Assembly (NCBI RefSeq): GCF_018977255.1
Contig: NW_024704743.1
Location: 61,444,001 to 61,508,000 of the forward strand
Length of the DNA: 64,000 bases
From: Callorhinchus milii
Taxonomy: Eukaryota
Direction: 5' to 3'
Shown: in pieces, positions 40,728-53,703 of the stretch
Layout: the number at the start of each line of letters is the position of its first letter
How positions within the stretch are numbered: the first letter of the stretch is position 1
Notes under the pieces: model-generated
Told to the model about the DNA's origin: nothing
Databases searched by the model: none
The model's input: the letters and a program-made list of their open reading frames with translations, nothing else
Made by a program: the position numbers and the translations under genes

Positions 40728-41667
40728 CAGTGGGTTCAAATCCCACGTCAAGACTTGATCTCACATAGTAAGGGGACACTCAATGCAGTGCTAGGGGGGG
40801 TGGGGTTTTGCATTGTCGGAGGTGCCCTCCTCATTGGCCTTCCCAACTCTTCCCTTCACAAGCTGCAGATTATCCAAAACTCTGCAGCTCGTGTGCTCTC
40901 ACGCACCAGGCTCCGTGACCCCATCACTCCCACCCTCGCCTGACTCCACTGGCTCCCCATCCCCCAGAGGATCGAGTTCAAGATCCTCATCCTCACCTTT
41001 AAGGCCATCCATGGCCTTGCCCCCTCCTACCTCTCTGACCTGCTGACACCCTACCAACCTCCCCGCTCCCTCCGTTCATCGGGCTCCGGCCTGCTCCATG
41101 TCTCCCGCCCTACCATCGGTGGCCGGGCTTTCAGCCTCTCTGCCCGCATACTCTGGAACTCCATCCCACGGTCCCTTCGCCTCGCTTCCTCCCTTGACTC
41201 CTTCAAGGCCGGTCTCAAGACCCTTCGCTTTGACAGTGCCTTTGGTCTCCCTCCCACCTCTCTGCCTTCCCTCATCCCTACACCACCCCTCCCCCATGCT
41301 CGGGCCCCGACACCTGACTGTTCAGCGCTTTGGGACGTCCTCCCGACGTGAAAGGGGCTCTATAAATGTAATTTTGTTGTTGTTGTTGTGCCATCCTTCG
41401 GATTAAACGTTAAACTGAAGTTGGACATTAAAAATACCATGGCACTTTCCAAAAAGAGAAGGAAGTTTCTCCCAGTGTCCTGGCCAACAATATTCCAAAT
41501 AAAATTGTTAATTTGTTTCATGGCTGTTTATGGGAGATTGCTGTTTGCAATTGTGCTGCCTACAGATATACAGTCACTTCATTTCACAGTAATTCATGTG
41601 ACGCTCTTTGAGACATCTTTCCAATGTGATAAGGCACTATACCAAATGCAAAGATTATTGTTATTAT
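40728..41667 (+). mobile_element. Older Deu-type SINE split by an L2
   Basis: cattgtcggaggtgcc resumes as gtgccatccttcggattaaacgttaaac after the L2. Confidence 0.75.
40827..41388 (+). mobile_element. Young 5'-truncated L2 with a 5-bp target duplication
   Basis: [29 protein letters not shown] through to the (TTG)n tail; GTGCC at 40822-40826 and 41388-41392. Confidence 0.95.
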
Positions 41668-41727
41668 TCCCAGTTTCCAAATTCTGAGATTGGTGGTTAA
41701 ATGGAGAGGAGGGCTGACAGGGGGACT

Positions 41728-42164
41728 AATAACAATAATAATCCTTGCATTTGATACAGCACCTTCGATATGTCATTGAGACGTCTCAAAGCGCTTCACA
41801 GTATATACTGTAAAGAGGATTGATTGTGTATTTTGTGAGCAAAATGAGACAGAAATTTGCCCACAGTTGTCCCACAAACAACCATGACAGGAGTGACCAA
41901 TTTTTTTCAGGGGATGGTTAGCCAGGACACTGGGAGAAACTCACTTCTCTTTTCAAATATGCCATGGGATCTTTAACGTCCATCTGAACAGGCAGATGGG
42001 ACTTGGTTTAACATCTCATCCTAAGGACGGTACCTCCATCAATGTAACAACCTCCCACCACTGCATTGGAGCGTCTCTTTGGACTATGTAATTCAAGGTC
42101 TGACATGGGCTTGAACCCACAATGTTTAGACTCAGAGGTGAAAATGCTACCACTGAGCCAGGCT
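41728..42164 (-). mobile_element. Older Deu-type SINE
   Basis: Full head-body-tail on the minus strand. Confidence 0.75.
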
Positions 42165-43109
42165 AAAATACAAAACTGATTGAAACTCAAAAGCCTCTTT
42201 TAAATGTGATTTTTGTTGATGAACACAATACATCAAGATGAATGCACACTCTGGGATCCCCAAACCTTGTCTCTTCCCAGCCTATGCCTAATACTCTCAG
42301 TAATTAGACAAGCAGGATGTTCAATATTGAGGTTTAACCAGCTAAAACCACATTGATTGATACTGAATGCACTCTGGCAAGTTTTCTCACTGCTTCTCCA
42401 GGCAAGGCCATCCTACTCATTAGGGCTTTGTCTTCAAGGTTAACATGAGCTGAGTGAGAAGAATCCCTGTCACCAGTGACTAGTCTGCCCCTCTAAGCCC
42501 TGCAGATGAGCTAAGTGGTTGGTCTGTCATCAGCAGCGTGGACCCGCCTGGCTCAGGAATCAGATTACTGAGATCACCACAGAGGTTTGACATTTTGTTG
42601 CCAAGCATGTCACCTTGACCCAGTTCAGCTACAAGGAGAACTCACTTACCACTCCCCACCCTCTTCCAGGAGGATAGGTGATCAAGGTGATGAAGAGGTG
42701 CCTGAACCGCAGCCTATGTTGTTTTATAACCAGTTACTCAGAGGTGTGCAAAGGAAAACACATTGACACATATTCCCATTTTCTGAGCAAAGTAAGAAAG
42801 GAATCAACTGGTCAAACGGTTTCCTCTTATGCTGTATTTTTTAAACACATTCTTGGATTGAGAATCAGGTTTTGCTCCATGTAATGCAACGGTTCAGCCC
42901 AGTTTTCCTCTCTCTATTCAACCCAGTTTCCCTGTCTTTGCTCAAATTAGAAATGAGTCATTTAAGCCATCATAAAAGAAAACTGTTACCCTACATAAGT
43001 GACCTGAATTCATATAAATAATCTGGATTCACAGACTCAGGACAAAATGACTAAACTTGTTGATGGCATCAAGTTATGGAAAAGTGTGGAATAAGAGGAG
43101 GACGGAATG

Positions 43110-43503
43110 TCTTTCACATCGGTAGGACTACTCAAAGTACTTCACAGGTTTTATTGTAAAGCACTATGACTGTTTTTTGCAGAGCCAATTTCCACACAGC
43201 AATATCCTGTAAACAGACAGGAAGTGAATGCCAAATTTAATCTGGGGGATTGTTGTCCAGGATACCAGAAGAAACTCCCTTCTCTTTTTGAATTGTGCCA
43301 TGGGATCCTTAATGCCTACCTGACCAGCAGATGGAACCTCAATTTAACATCTCACCTGAAGGAATCCACCTCTAACAATGTAGCTATCCTTCAGCACTGC
43401 ACTGGAATGTTAACCTGAACTGATTCAAAGTTGTAATATGGGGTATGAACCCACAACCTTCTGAGTCAGAGACAAGTATGCTACCAACTGAGGCAGGTTG
43501 ACG
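43110..43503 (-). mobile_element. Older Deu-type SINE within a degraded CR1 (flanks about 43040-43100 and 43545-43850)
   Basis: SINE blocks; the flanks carry CR1-like remnants (aaggcaaactagatgctgggctgc, agctatgaggaacaactaaatgaactagg). Confidence 0.65.
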
Positions 43504-44177
43504 CTCTGAATTAAAAATATAAGGTGTATTTACTCTGTGGATGGGATAGGAGATGAAGGAGACTGCAGTGGAATTGTAAATCAAAGTGTCCAAACAGTGT
43601 AAAGCAGCAATAAGCAAGGCAAACTAGATGCTGGGCTGCAATGTGAAATCAGATCCCCATTTATAAGATGGTCAAAGCTCCTGTTTGGCTGCAACTGGGA
43701 TCCTCCACATTATTCTGATTAACATGTTATGAGGGAGATTCCTAGTTCCTAGAGGCACTGCAGAGGAATAATGTTGATTCGCATTGTTTAAAAGAAGAGC
43801 TATGAGGAACAACTAAATGAACTAGGCTCTTTAGCCTGGTCTTTACACGAGAGGACATTCTAGAAGCACAGTAGAACTGTATTATAGCACGCTTCAGTAT
43901 AATCTATTTAAGCATGATTATGTTTTGGACCCTGACACTTTATTACCTAAAAATCCCAAATCACAACATTGCATACGAACCCATCATTGCACTTTTGATA
44001 GCTTTTGAACTCCCGATATTATCCTTCAAAACAGGTCAGGACAACCGGATTTGAAGTGAGGGGACACGGTTTGAAGCATGACATGGTGATTTGATGGGAG
44101 TGGACGGCTTTCTGTATGCTAGGCAGTGACATCACCGGTCATGTCATTGGCAGCGTATCGAGGAAGAAGTGAATAGT

Positions 44178-44584
44178 TTTTCTGGGGATAATAATCCCAT
44201 CAAAAAATACATTAAAAACATTAAAAAATGATAATTTGGTCACTCAATCCATGGCTGTGGGACACTGCTGTGCGCAATTGGCTACCGCGTTTTGCCCACA
44301 AAATATACAGTCAATTCACTTTACAGTATATTCTTTGAAGCGCTTTGAGATGTCTCTCTTTGACCGTGCCTTCAGCTCCCCTCTCGACTCTCTACCCCCT
44401 CCTCGCTCCCTCCCTTCCCTCCCCTCACCCTGACCATGTCCCCCTGCTCGGGTCCTGACCCAACTGTACAGCGCCTTGGGTCGTCCTCCCGACGTGAAAG
44501 GCGCTCTATAAATGGAATCTTGTTGTTGTTGTTGTCTCAAAGATGTGATAAGGCGGTATATCAAATGCAAGGATTATTATATTA
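44178..44584 (+). mobile_element. SINE 3' half split by an L2 tail
   Basis: gagatgtctc resumes as tgtctcaaagatgtgataagg. Confidence 0.85.
44357..44532 (+). mobile_element. Young L2 3' tail with a 6-bp target duplication
   Basis: Near-identical to the end of the 60289-63434 element; TGTCTC at 44351-44356 and 44533-44538. Confidence 0.92.
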
Positions 44585-45719
44585 CGGCAGAATTCTACTG
44601 TATGTAAGAGGCTAAATGGGACATGATGGGGGGTGTTTCAGATAATAGAAGATTTGAAAGAATTAATTGCAGAAAACCTCTTTCCACTGTTAGGGATTTA
44701 AAGATGAGAAGGGGAATAAAAGGAAATGTTCAGAAAAATCCTAGGGCATGAAAAGATTTGCCAGCGTTGGTTAGAGTAGAGTCAATTGTGGTCTTTAAGA
44801 GGCAATTAGACATGTAAAGGAAGAGTAATAGGGAGCTTAATGTTGAGGGAGGTAAGGTTGCGATTCTTTATGGTTGAGATCAATTGGTTTGAAGGGCCTT
44901 CTTCATCAAAATAATTCCAGCAATCTTGTTTTCTATTATGGCTCACAACATCTGTTAGCTATAAACATTTGAAAAAGTAAATCCCGAACAATACTTTTGA
45001 ATGCACCAATAAAGTAGAATAAGCAGACACAGGTATACAGTTTGCAAAGGGCAATTTCAGAACAGTCATCAGAAAATAGTTCTTTATCCAGAGGGCAATT
45101 AATGACTGGAACAGGTTGTCAGGGAGGGTGATTGAGGCAAGGACTCATTAAAAAAAACTTGATGCTCTGATGGGGAGATTGGTAAGGTGAGTAGTCGAGA
45201 AGAGATCATATGAGCTAAAAGGCCATCTTAATCTGAATCAATCTTGTGACCCAGAGAACTGTGACCCAATGGCTTTCTGTGCAATAATAATCTCTAATAC
45301 ATCCCATTTTGTGGAATTACAGATTTCCTTTAATTAAATGCAATGAAAGTAACACTGCCTCTAGGAAGGCAAAAACATGATAAATTCTTTAGGGAACTAC
45401 TGTATTTATAATATTTATTCAATAACACCTTAATAGGAATGAACTTCATCACTGGGAATTAATATCTAATAATCTATACAAATTGTTCATTAATGCAACA
45501 TTAAACAAAGCAATTGAAAATAAATGTATTTGAATGCTGACATGTTGTGGATGTTAGGGACCAACCGGTGGTGTGACAAGAGAGCGATCAGGAGCAGCAA
45601 TTCTACCTGAATTGCTACTCCTGATTGCTCTACCTATTTTCACTTGATAATAGTAAGAATCTTTGTATTTCATATTATATCTAGAAAATCAAAATAGCAG
45701 TTTCTCAGGTAAGTGTCAT

Positions 45720-46075
45720 ATGTAGTGACTATACTTTCGTAGGCAGGCAAATATAGCAGCCAGTTTGCTCAAACCAAGGTCCCACAAACAGCCGTAAAGT
45801 GAATGATACATCTATCTGGATGATCAATGGCCAGTACACAGGAGAAACACTCTTCTATTTTTGAATGCAGTCATGGGATCATTAACATTCACCTGAAGTT
45901 AGATGGGACCTTGATTTACATTTTTTTCTGAAGGACAGTGCCTATGACAATACAGCACTCTTAGCACTGTACTGGAATATCAACCTAGATTGTGAACTCA
46001 AAGTCCCAACCTGGGGCTTGATCCCATAACCCTCTGACTCAGAGGCAGAGTCCTACCCACTGACCCAAGCTGAAA
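45720..46075 (-). mobile_element. Older Deu-type SINE
   Basis: cccacaaacagc...ctgactcagaggc...ccaagctga. Confidence 0.7.
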
Positions 46076-46889
46076 CCTACTTATTCTAGAATATTCAGTG
46101 TAGTTCCAGAGGGCATCTTAACCAAACCCGCCCGATCCTGTCCACTTCTAACATCTAAATCAGAAATGGAGATCAGAAGCAGGAATTTGATCAGTAGGTA
46201 CAATTTCCACCTGGGTTTAGATGTATTCTGTTTAGATGTTTCTTAGCATTGTACAACAATCAAACTCTTAAATATAGTCTTAATTTTCAAGGTGGTTTTC
46301 TGTTACATTGTTTTAAGAGTCCAGTGATCACCTCCTGCATACTAATGAGTTAGTCTAGCATATCAACCTACACTATGAGCTTAAAGTCTCGATTTAGGCC
46401 TCAAACCCACAACCTCTGACCCTGAGAGCACTATCAACTAAGCTGCCTGTCTCAGTTTTACAGTCTTTAGCTCAATCTTTTTCATATTGTGTATTCAATC
46501 CATGTCTTACTGGATGTGAACCTCAGGCATGATATAGATCAAAAATCATTCTATAAATACAATTTGACTTTAGCCTGTGTGGAAGGGATTACATTATTTG
46601 AAACCAAGAAAATATTTTTCTTATACAGTAAGTCATCCTAGGAGCACTGGGAATCATTACTTTAGACTGTTGCATAAGTTTATACAAAGCTGAGTGATGA
46701 AATTGTGTGCTAAAATCAACGTCTTGTTATCAAATAGGGATATTTCATTCAAGTTTCAAGTAAATTTAAGGAAGTTACACCCAGTGGTTCTTGATCTATA
46801 TATATATATATTATATATATAAATAAAGATATTTCTCCAGGGCACAATTGATGACAGACCAGCCAACCTAATTCATTAGCAGGACTTGG

Positions 46890-47235
46890 AGGGAGAGATT
46901 AGTCAATGGCAAGTTAGGTGATTTTTGTTGGTTGAATTGCAGCAATACCCCAATGCACACTTTGGGTTCCCCATGCCTTGGATTTTGACAACCTGGGCAT
47001 AATACTCTCTGGATATAGGTATCCAGTGTACAGCTGTTCAAGGAGAGAGTGCACAATCTATTTGAGACGCAGGGAAATTTCCATGTGTAGGTGGCATTCA
47101 CAAGGGATCTCCTTGCAGCAAAGCAGAAACTGAACTGCCTCCAAGGTGACATGTTTGGCAAAGGAATGTCGGAATTGAGCCAACCCTCCGTGGCCATCAA
47201 GGTAGTCCAGCTCCTGAGCCGGGCGGGTCCGCCTG
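46890..47235 (-). repeat. Unclassified dispersed repeat, copy 2 (segment order permuted)
   Basis: 46935-47100 aligns to 53215-53370, and 47104-47235 aligns to 53072-53190. Confidence 0.7.
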
Positions 47236-47449
47236 CAGCATTCCAGGCTGCTGCTGAAGCGAATATTTTAATCATGGTAATGGACACTGTTCCTGTGTGA
47301 AGGACACTCTAATTGTTGTTTTTGATGGGTGTCTGTATGTCTCACATACCTGGCAAATAAACCAGATATACAAGGATCTTTAAAAATCTTTACCAATGTT
47401 TCACCATGAATACCCAGAATTTTTCATTGCAGGCCCTCAGTGCAGGATA

Positions 47450-48240
47450 TTTTTCAAAAGAAAGATGTACCTGTTTTGGTTTCTGGGATGTGTTTGCATC
47501 ACTGGTCAGCTGATTGACATTCAAATTGTTTGCTCATGGATGGTCCTTGAACCCTGCTAAGTGCACAAATGAGCTAAGCGGGTGCTAATGTCTGGAGTAC
47601 ACGACTTTCCCAAAGATTGAAGAGTAGCTGAGAATGAGATAAATTCAATAAAAAGCTCAGTGGTACACAGCAAGGCTGAGATGTTTATTGGGTAGGGGGA
47701 CATTACAGTTTCCTTTGTTGTCAGGAGGAGTCTCAAACTGTTTCACATAGTTGGCGAGACATTCGAGCTGGGCCTGGTAGCCTACAAGGGTGAGGAGGAA
47801 GATACCCGAAAGCCCACTTACTTAGTCATTGCTCATCCAATACCGGACTCACCATCATGTCAATGCAGCCCATGATCGCAGGAAAATGACCCCCTGCTGG
47901 ATTTGAGACCCTTTAAGTAAATAAGGAACCTGGTGGTGCAGCAGATGGAGGCGTCTTATGTACGTTACAAATGAGTCATGTTCGTGGCACCCAAACATAT
48001 TACTTAAGTGCTAGAACCACTTGCAATTATTGCTAGCAAGATGAGAGTGATGGAGCTGTATGGAGTTGTGCTGTGAAACACTTTGTGGTGTTCCCTGATT
48101 AACTATAACTTGTTCTTTCCCCATCTCCATTGGGGTTTGTTCTGACAGTATGGAGAATGCCATTGATGAATTCCTCGGAGGGGAGCCCTTAGTTGCTCTG
48201 ATGGCAGCATGGTAGAGCAGGAGCAGCAGCCCATACCATT
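47450..48240 (-). pseudogene. Degenerate PIF/Harbinger (HARBI1-like) transposase relic
   Basis: Collinear motif remnants across broken frames: PSEQLRAPLR/FINGILHTV, GTPQSVS, HFPAIMGCID (about 47858-47888), RLPG, DNKG and VMSPYP. Confidence 0.55.
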
Positions 48241-48954
48241 CAGCATATGTAAGGAACATTACAGTTCAGTTGCTCTGGGGTCATTTTTTGTGTAAATAAC
48301 TGAAAGAAAGTAGGAATAAACAAAATTGATACAACCCCCTCCGCCTCGGTAAATTTGATGAAAATCAATAAAACATCTGCCTTTGATTTACGCTTTCTGC
48401 CTTACAACACACAAGGCCACCTCTGCAGGCTTGTGAGTACTGTTGTTTATCACTAGAGTTGCAGAGCAATCTGTACCGAGTGCCACATTCACACAATTAC
48501 AGCATTAATCCACAACCGCTCATGCCCTGCCTGTTCAGAGCTCCATTCAGATGGCAGAGCAGCTGGTCTATCTAATGTTGCATTCATTCGCAACAATTTT
48601 CCCAATTGTGGGAAGAATTTCCAAGGCAGGGCCACATTAAAATTAAGAGGACTTGGATAGCCTAAATACCTGAATATGGTCCTAGTGATGGATTTGACCA
48701 TTCAATTCAGATAAATAGAGCAGATATAACCATTCTTGCTTAAACTGCACATATATTGTTTTTCCAGGATGAGTATAACTCATATAATAATACACAATGA
48801 TCCTTGCATTTGATATAGTGTTTTATCATATCGTCAAGACATCTCAAAGAGCTCATCTGTAACTACAGTGACAGTATATTTGTTGGCAAACACAGCCAAT
48901 CTGCATACAGCATCTCACAGCCATGAGTGAAAAAACAATTTTAACTAGGGAATT

Positions 48955-49470
48955 ATTGACTTCTTAACCTTCTCTGCTCCAGCAGAAAGAGTCCTAACAT
49001 CCTCATAGCTATATCCTTTGATCTCCAGTATCATCCTTGGGAACCTATGCTGCACCTTCTTCATAATGCTAATGTCCTTTCTACAATATGGTGCCCAAAA
49101 CTGCACACAATATTCCAGTTGTGGCCTAACCAATGACTAATACTGATTCAACATTATTCCTTACTTTTGCATTCAATGACTGTATACAAAACCCAGAATT
49201 CTGTTTCCCCTCTTAATCATCGTCTCCACTTGCAATCCAACCTTGATGTGTTCTGGATTTGTAGATTCCCTTTGTTCCTCCACTCCACTGAGAATTCTAT
49301 CACTCAGAACATAATTCTGCTCTCTATTTCTTCTTCCAAAATGCCCCACTTCATATTTTTTCTATCTCGAATAGCATTTTCCATCTACCCACTCTGCAAA
49401 CTTATCTATATCTGCCTGGAGCTTACTGCATTCTTTGTCACTGTTAGCAAAACCTCCTAATCTTCTATAT
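48955..49470 (-). mobile_element. CR1 internal fragment
   Basis: VRPQLEYCVQFWAPY and CSKLQADIDKFAEW. Confidence 0.85.
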
Positions 49471-50964
49471 ACTAATAAAATGACAATGTCGGTCTGCGCT
49501 TCAAGAAGAATCTCAATAACCGACTGACATAGAGATATGATCTCTACCTCATCAGAAAGGTCTTGCAACTAGGAGTGACATGGGCATATTTGTTTATGGG
49601 TATTTCCTTTCATTCATGAGTTATTTTCAGTTTTGCGTTTTTCACTGCAGTTACACCTGGTGGCCACCAAGTCAAAGTGGCGCTGTGGCCCTTGTGTCAC
49701 AGAGCACACATGTAACCAAGCGGCGTGAACAAAATAAAGCACACAGACAAAACTACGTCGCGTAAACAACAACAAAATCATATTTTTAAAGCGCCGAGTC
49801 CTCCCAAAAGGAGTCCTCCCACAGGAGTCATCCTAGATGAATATGGATAAAGATGAAATATTTGTCTGTGTAGCTGTAGCTGTACAGCTAGTTTAATATA
49901 ATCCACATAATTAGATATCACTCCTGAATCCAGACCGTTTATAGAGAGAATAACATTTTTTAACAATTTGCATTTATATTGCGCCCTTCACATGATGCCA
50001 CGTCTTGGAGTACATCACAGTGATGGAGCTTGATGCTGAACACGGGAGAAAAGGGAGGTGACAGGTCTAAAGAAATTTTGATATCTTTATAATTTTTTGA
50101 TATAACACCTTTCAGGCCACAAGGACGGTTGGAATGAATGTTTAGCTGTTGCATAGGCGCAGGTCAAGAATACATAGTCCTTCACCCAGTACAGCAAATC
50201 AAACCCTCCTTCCAGATTTGTTTGGCAGTGCTGTTACAATATCAGTGTGAATAATCAAGGCATCTTCAATTGAGCTCAACTGCTGCTAATTGAAAATCAA
50301 GAATAGCCTTGAGCTGATCAGCTTCCAGTGTTCAAATAGAATCTGATGTAATAACCCTTTGAGGATTGCATAGAGAACAGTGCTATTAAAATTCTGATGA
50401 AATATGGTGCTTACTTGAAATATGCCTTATAAAGTTTAGAAAAGTAATACACACTTATAATATGTCCAAATTTCAAAGCACTTTATAGATTTTGTGATCT
50501 TGTGACCAGGATAAATTCCCATTATATCATGGGATTTGAGGACAGACAGACAGACAGACAGGAGCTTTAATATCTTAGCAGAATGACAGCACAACCACTA
50601 CAGCTTCACTGAAGTGTCAGCCTAGATTATGAGAAGAAGTTCTGATTTGGGATATGAAACTCCACAAGCAATTCTCTCGGTGAGAGGGAGGGGGAAAGTG
50701 GGGACAAGTGGGTTAAGGGCTAGATAGAGGGCAAGGGAGGGAAGGACAAAGAGAGGAAGGTTGGATGAGCACAACGATTAATTTTCATACCCAAATTGAC
50801 TGTATCATACAGGTGTTGATAGATACTAAACTCCTAACCCACAGATCAGCAGCAAAACACTTATCAATGAAAACACCTGTAGGGGCACCTCTCTGCATAG
50901 CTGTGCTTCCTATCCATTCATACCCAACATCAATACTTTTCTATTTACAAAAGAGATCACCAAT

Positions 50965-51140
50965 AATAATATAGTAATAATAATCCTTGCATTTAATATA
51001 GCGCCTTATGTCTTCGAGACATCTCAAAGTGCTTCATAGAATATACCGTAAAGTGAATTGACTGTATATTGTGTGGGCAAAACACAGCAGCCAATTGCAC
51101 ACAGCAGTGTCCCACGAACAGTCGTGGATTGAGTGACCCA
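50965..51140 (-). mobile_element. SINE 3' half
   Basis: taatccttgcatt...gtcgtggattgagtgacc. Confidence 0.85.
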
Positions 51141-51644
51141 AAAAACTAATACAATTTGAGAATAAAGGTTATTTCCATAGCTTGGGCACAGCTGCCTTCC
51201 TCCCACCAACCACCTCTGAGTTAGGTCAGCTACCCTTCATTTTACAGGTTCCTTAAGCTGGAGGATATCTCCCACAGTGTGACCTCACATATATTGTTTG
51301 TGGGGTTTCCTTGGTGTTTGCATGCAACAGAATATATTTTTGCAGTTTAACTTAAGCCAATAAAAGTGATAAACAACTGTCAAGAAATGTTGCCGTGTCT
51401 CCTAAGCATCACTGTTTAATTGTTCTACGTAAACCCCAAGTGTAGCAGAGTTCGATTATCTAAAAATCGGACTGGAACTGAAACCAAAATATATATTCCG
51501 TGGGCCCGTGGAGGCCCAACCACTATCTCTCCTAGCGTGAACCAGTGCCACACCGGGCAGCCTTACCATCCTTACTGGCCTTCACAGTGGCCAGGGGTTT
51601 TGTCTTTGTCTCCGATTGTTTGAATCCCGGAGGCAGAAGATAGC

Positions 51645-51820
51645 TTATTCACTATCCCGTCTAAAACCTTCCTCTTCTGCCACACCTTGAGTTATCTTCC
51701 CACCTCCAACCTCCTTGCCCTCCACCCCTTTTGACTTCAACCCCCAGCTTGGGTCAAACCTTTCACTGTCCAGTGCCTTGGAATGTTCTTCCAACGTGAA
51801 AGGGACAATATAGTTGCAAT
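51645..51820 (+). mobile_element. Degraded L2 tail
   Basis: ctaaaaccttcctcttc...cccagcttgggtc...acgtgaaagg. Confidence 0.65.
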
Positions 51821-52279
51821 TTGACATCTTCCTGACATGGAAGACACTATTTCAAATACAAGAATTATTATTATTTATTATTATCTGTCACAGAAGAAAT
51901 CACCTTTTAGATATTACAACCCATGCTCATGAATATGCATCATTGCGTCTGATAATTGTCCTTGACAATCATACCAGGCCACTTTCTGAACCTTCAGGTC
52001 AGACTCAGAAATATTAATCTCTCCAAACTGTCTCTCGGTCCAGGCTTGCTTCTGGTAGACAAGGGATAGCATTACACTCATTGTTATTTCCGATCCTTTT
52101 TTCCTTCAAAGATATTTTACAGATTTAAAACACAGACATTAGCATATCCTTATTATTATTATTATATCCTGCTCTTGATTCAGGCCGTAATGTGAATTTG
52201 TTCTCTCTGGCAATTCTCTCCTCTTTCCAAGGTGCTTAGCTCCTTTTTCCTTCTACTGCAGTACATTTTCATGGATGCT

Positions 52280-52535
52280 GTTCACCCTCCGGTGTCTCGC
52301 CCATGAGACCATTATTTATGTGCCAGCCTTGACAGCGAGTGCCAGCAAGTTATGTATCTATCGGGAACATCACAGCAAAGCTCAATCCTCTCCACACCTT
52401 GCGGTCACACATCCATCCATTCCAGATAGAGTGGGAGTAAAGTGACCAGCCACTGGCTGAATTTCTTCTCCTCTACCCATTCGAAGCACCCACTGCTAAC
52501 TTTCTGTCTCAAGTCAGCTGACTCAACACAACCTG
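52280..52535 (-). mobile_element. Ancient SINE, third family
   Basis: Reverse-complement similarity to 18065-18452. Confidence 0.55.
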
Positions 52536-53071
52536 TCCCTTCCCCCGCCTGCTCGATTTGTCTCAGTTACTCACTGAACTGGTCAGTTAATTAATTTGAC
52601 CTGCAAAATCTCTCACTTCCGTTTTCCCAAATCAAGGTGATTTGTCAACTCCATTTACCCACTCCATATTCCTTGATACTCTTACCTAACAAATATCTAT
52701 TAATCTCATTCTTGAAAATTTCAATTTATTGAGAATCCATAGCCTTTCGGGGAGATGCCTTGGGGGAGGAGAGGCAGGGGCAAAATGATTTGCTCTCAGC
52801 CAAGCCACCTACTTATGTGGATTTTCGAGGAAACTCCAAAGCAATCGATCAAAAGCTCAAAGATAACAAGGCTGAGGGTGTCAGTCTGGCACACTTTGTA
52901 GCAATCTCACCTCTGAGACAGAATGTGGGTTTAAACCATACGTTAAGGCTTTGACCTCACAGTCCAGGCAGTCACTCTAATGCAGTGCTGGGGGATTGTT
53001 ACATTATTGCAGGTGCCATCTTCCAGATGAGACATTGAGCTTTCCTCAAGAAGGATAGATGGGAGGTTTGT

Positions 53072-53703
53072 GGGTCTCCTTGGAGCTGAACTGACTCCAA
53101 ATGATATATTTGGCAAGATAGTGTCAGAATCGAGCCAACCCTCTGCGCTGGTTTCGGTAGTGTGGTTCTTGGGCCAGGCAGGTCTGCAGTCCTTTGGGGC
53201 ACTGATTATTCACCAACAGTACTCCAAAACACACACAGGAATCCTTAAAACTTGGCATTTGCCAAGCTGCACCTAATATTCTCTGGAATTAGGCAAGCAG
53301 AATCCATCCCTACAAGGAGAAAGTGCATTCTACTCCAGACAGAGGTAAATTTCCATGTGTAGGTAGCTTAGGTGGATAGACTGTATATTTTGTGGGCGAA
53401 ACACGGCAACCAATTGTGCACAGCAGAGTCCCACAAACAGTCGTGGATTGAGTGACGAATTCATTATTATTATTTTTTTTTGAGAGAATTATTACCACTG
53501 GAAATCCGCCAATCAACTAACAACCAGGTTCCTATTTACTGCTAGATAAACAGAAGCATGTGGAGTAAGGAAACTTGCCCAACATTTCGCCCTGCTGGGA
53601 ATCGAGCCCAGGTCTCTCGCTTGCGAGGCGAGTGCTCTAACTACTGAGCTGCAGAACTCCACTGATGATAGGCTTCCACACGTGTCAGACACCAGCCTGA
53701 CCA
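53072..53703 (-). repeat. Unclassified dispersed repeat, copy 3, split by a SINE
   Basis: Minus-strand start ggtcaggctggtgtctgacac matches 58086 and 60212; the body matches copies 1, 2 and 4. Confidence 0.75.
53378..53661 (-). mobile_element. SINE, long variant, 3'-truncated
   Basis: Head with anticodon-like CGC and the ctgtttatctagcagtaaatagg block. Confidence 0.9.

Noticed and set aside
47091..47300. Plus-strand Harbinger-like peptide VAIKVVQLL...AFQAAA
   Set aside because: The DNA is homologous to 53072-53190, where the peptide is not kept; the stronger transposase motifs are on the minus strand.
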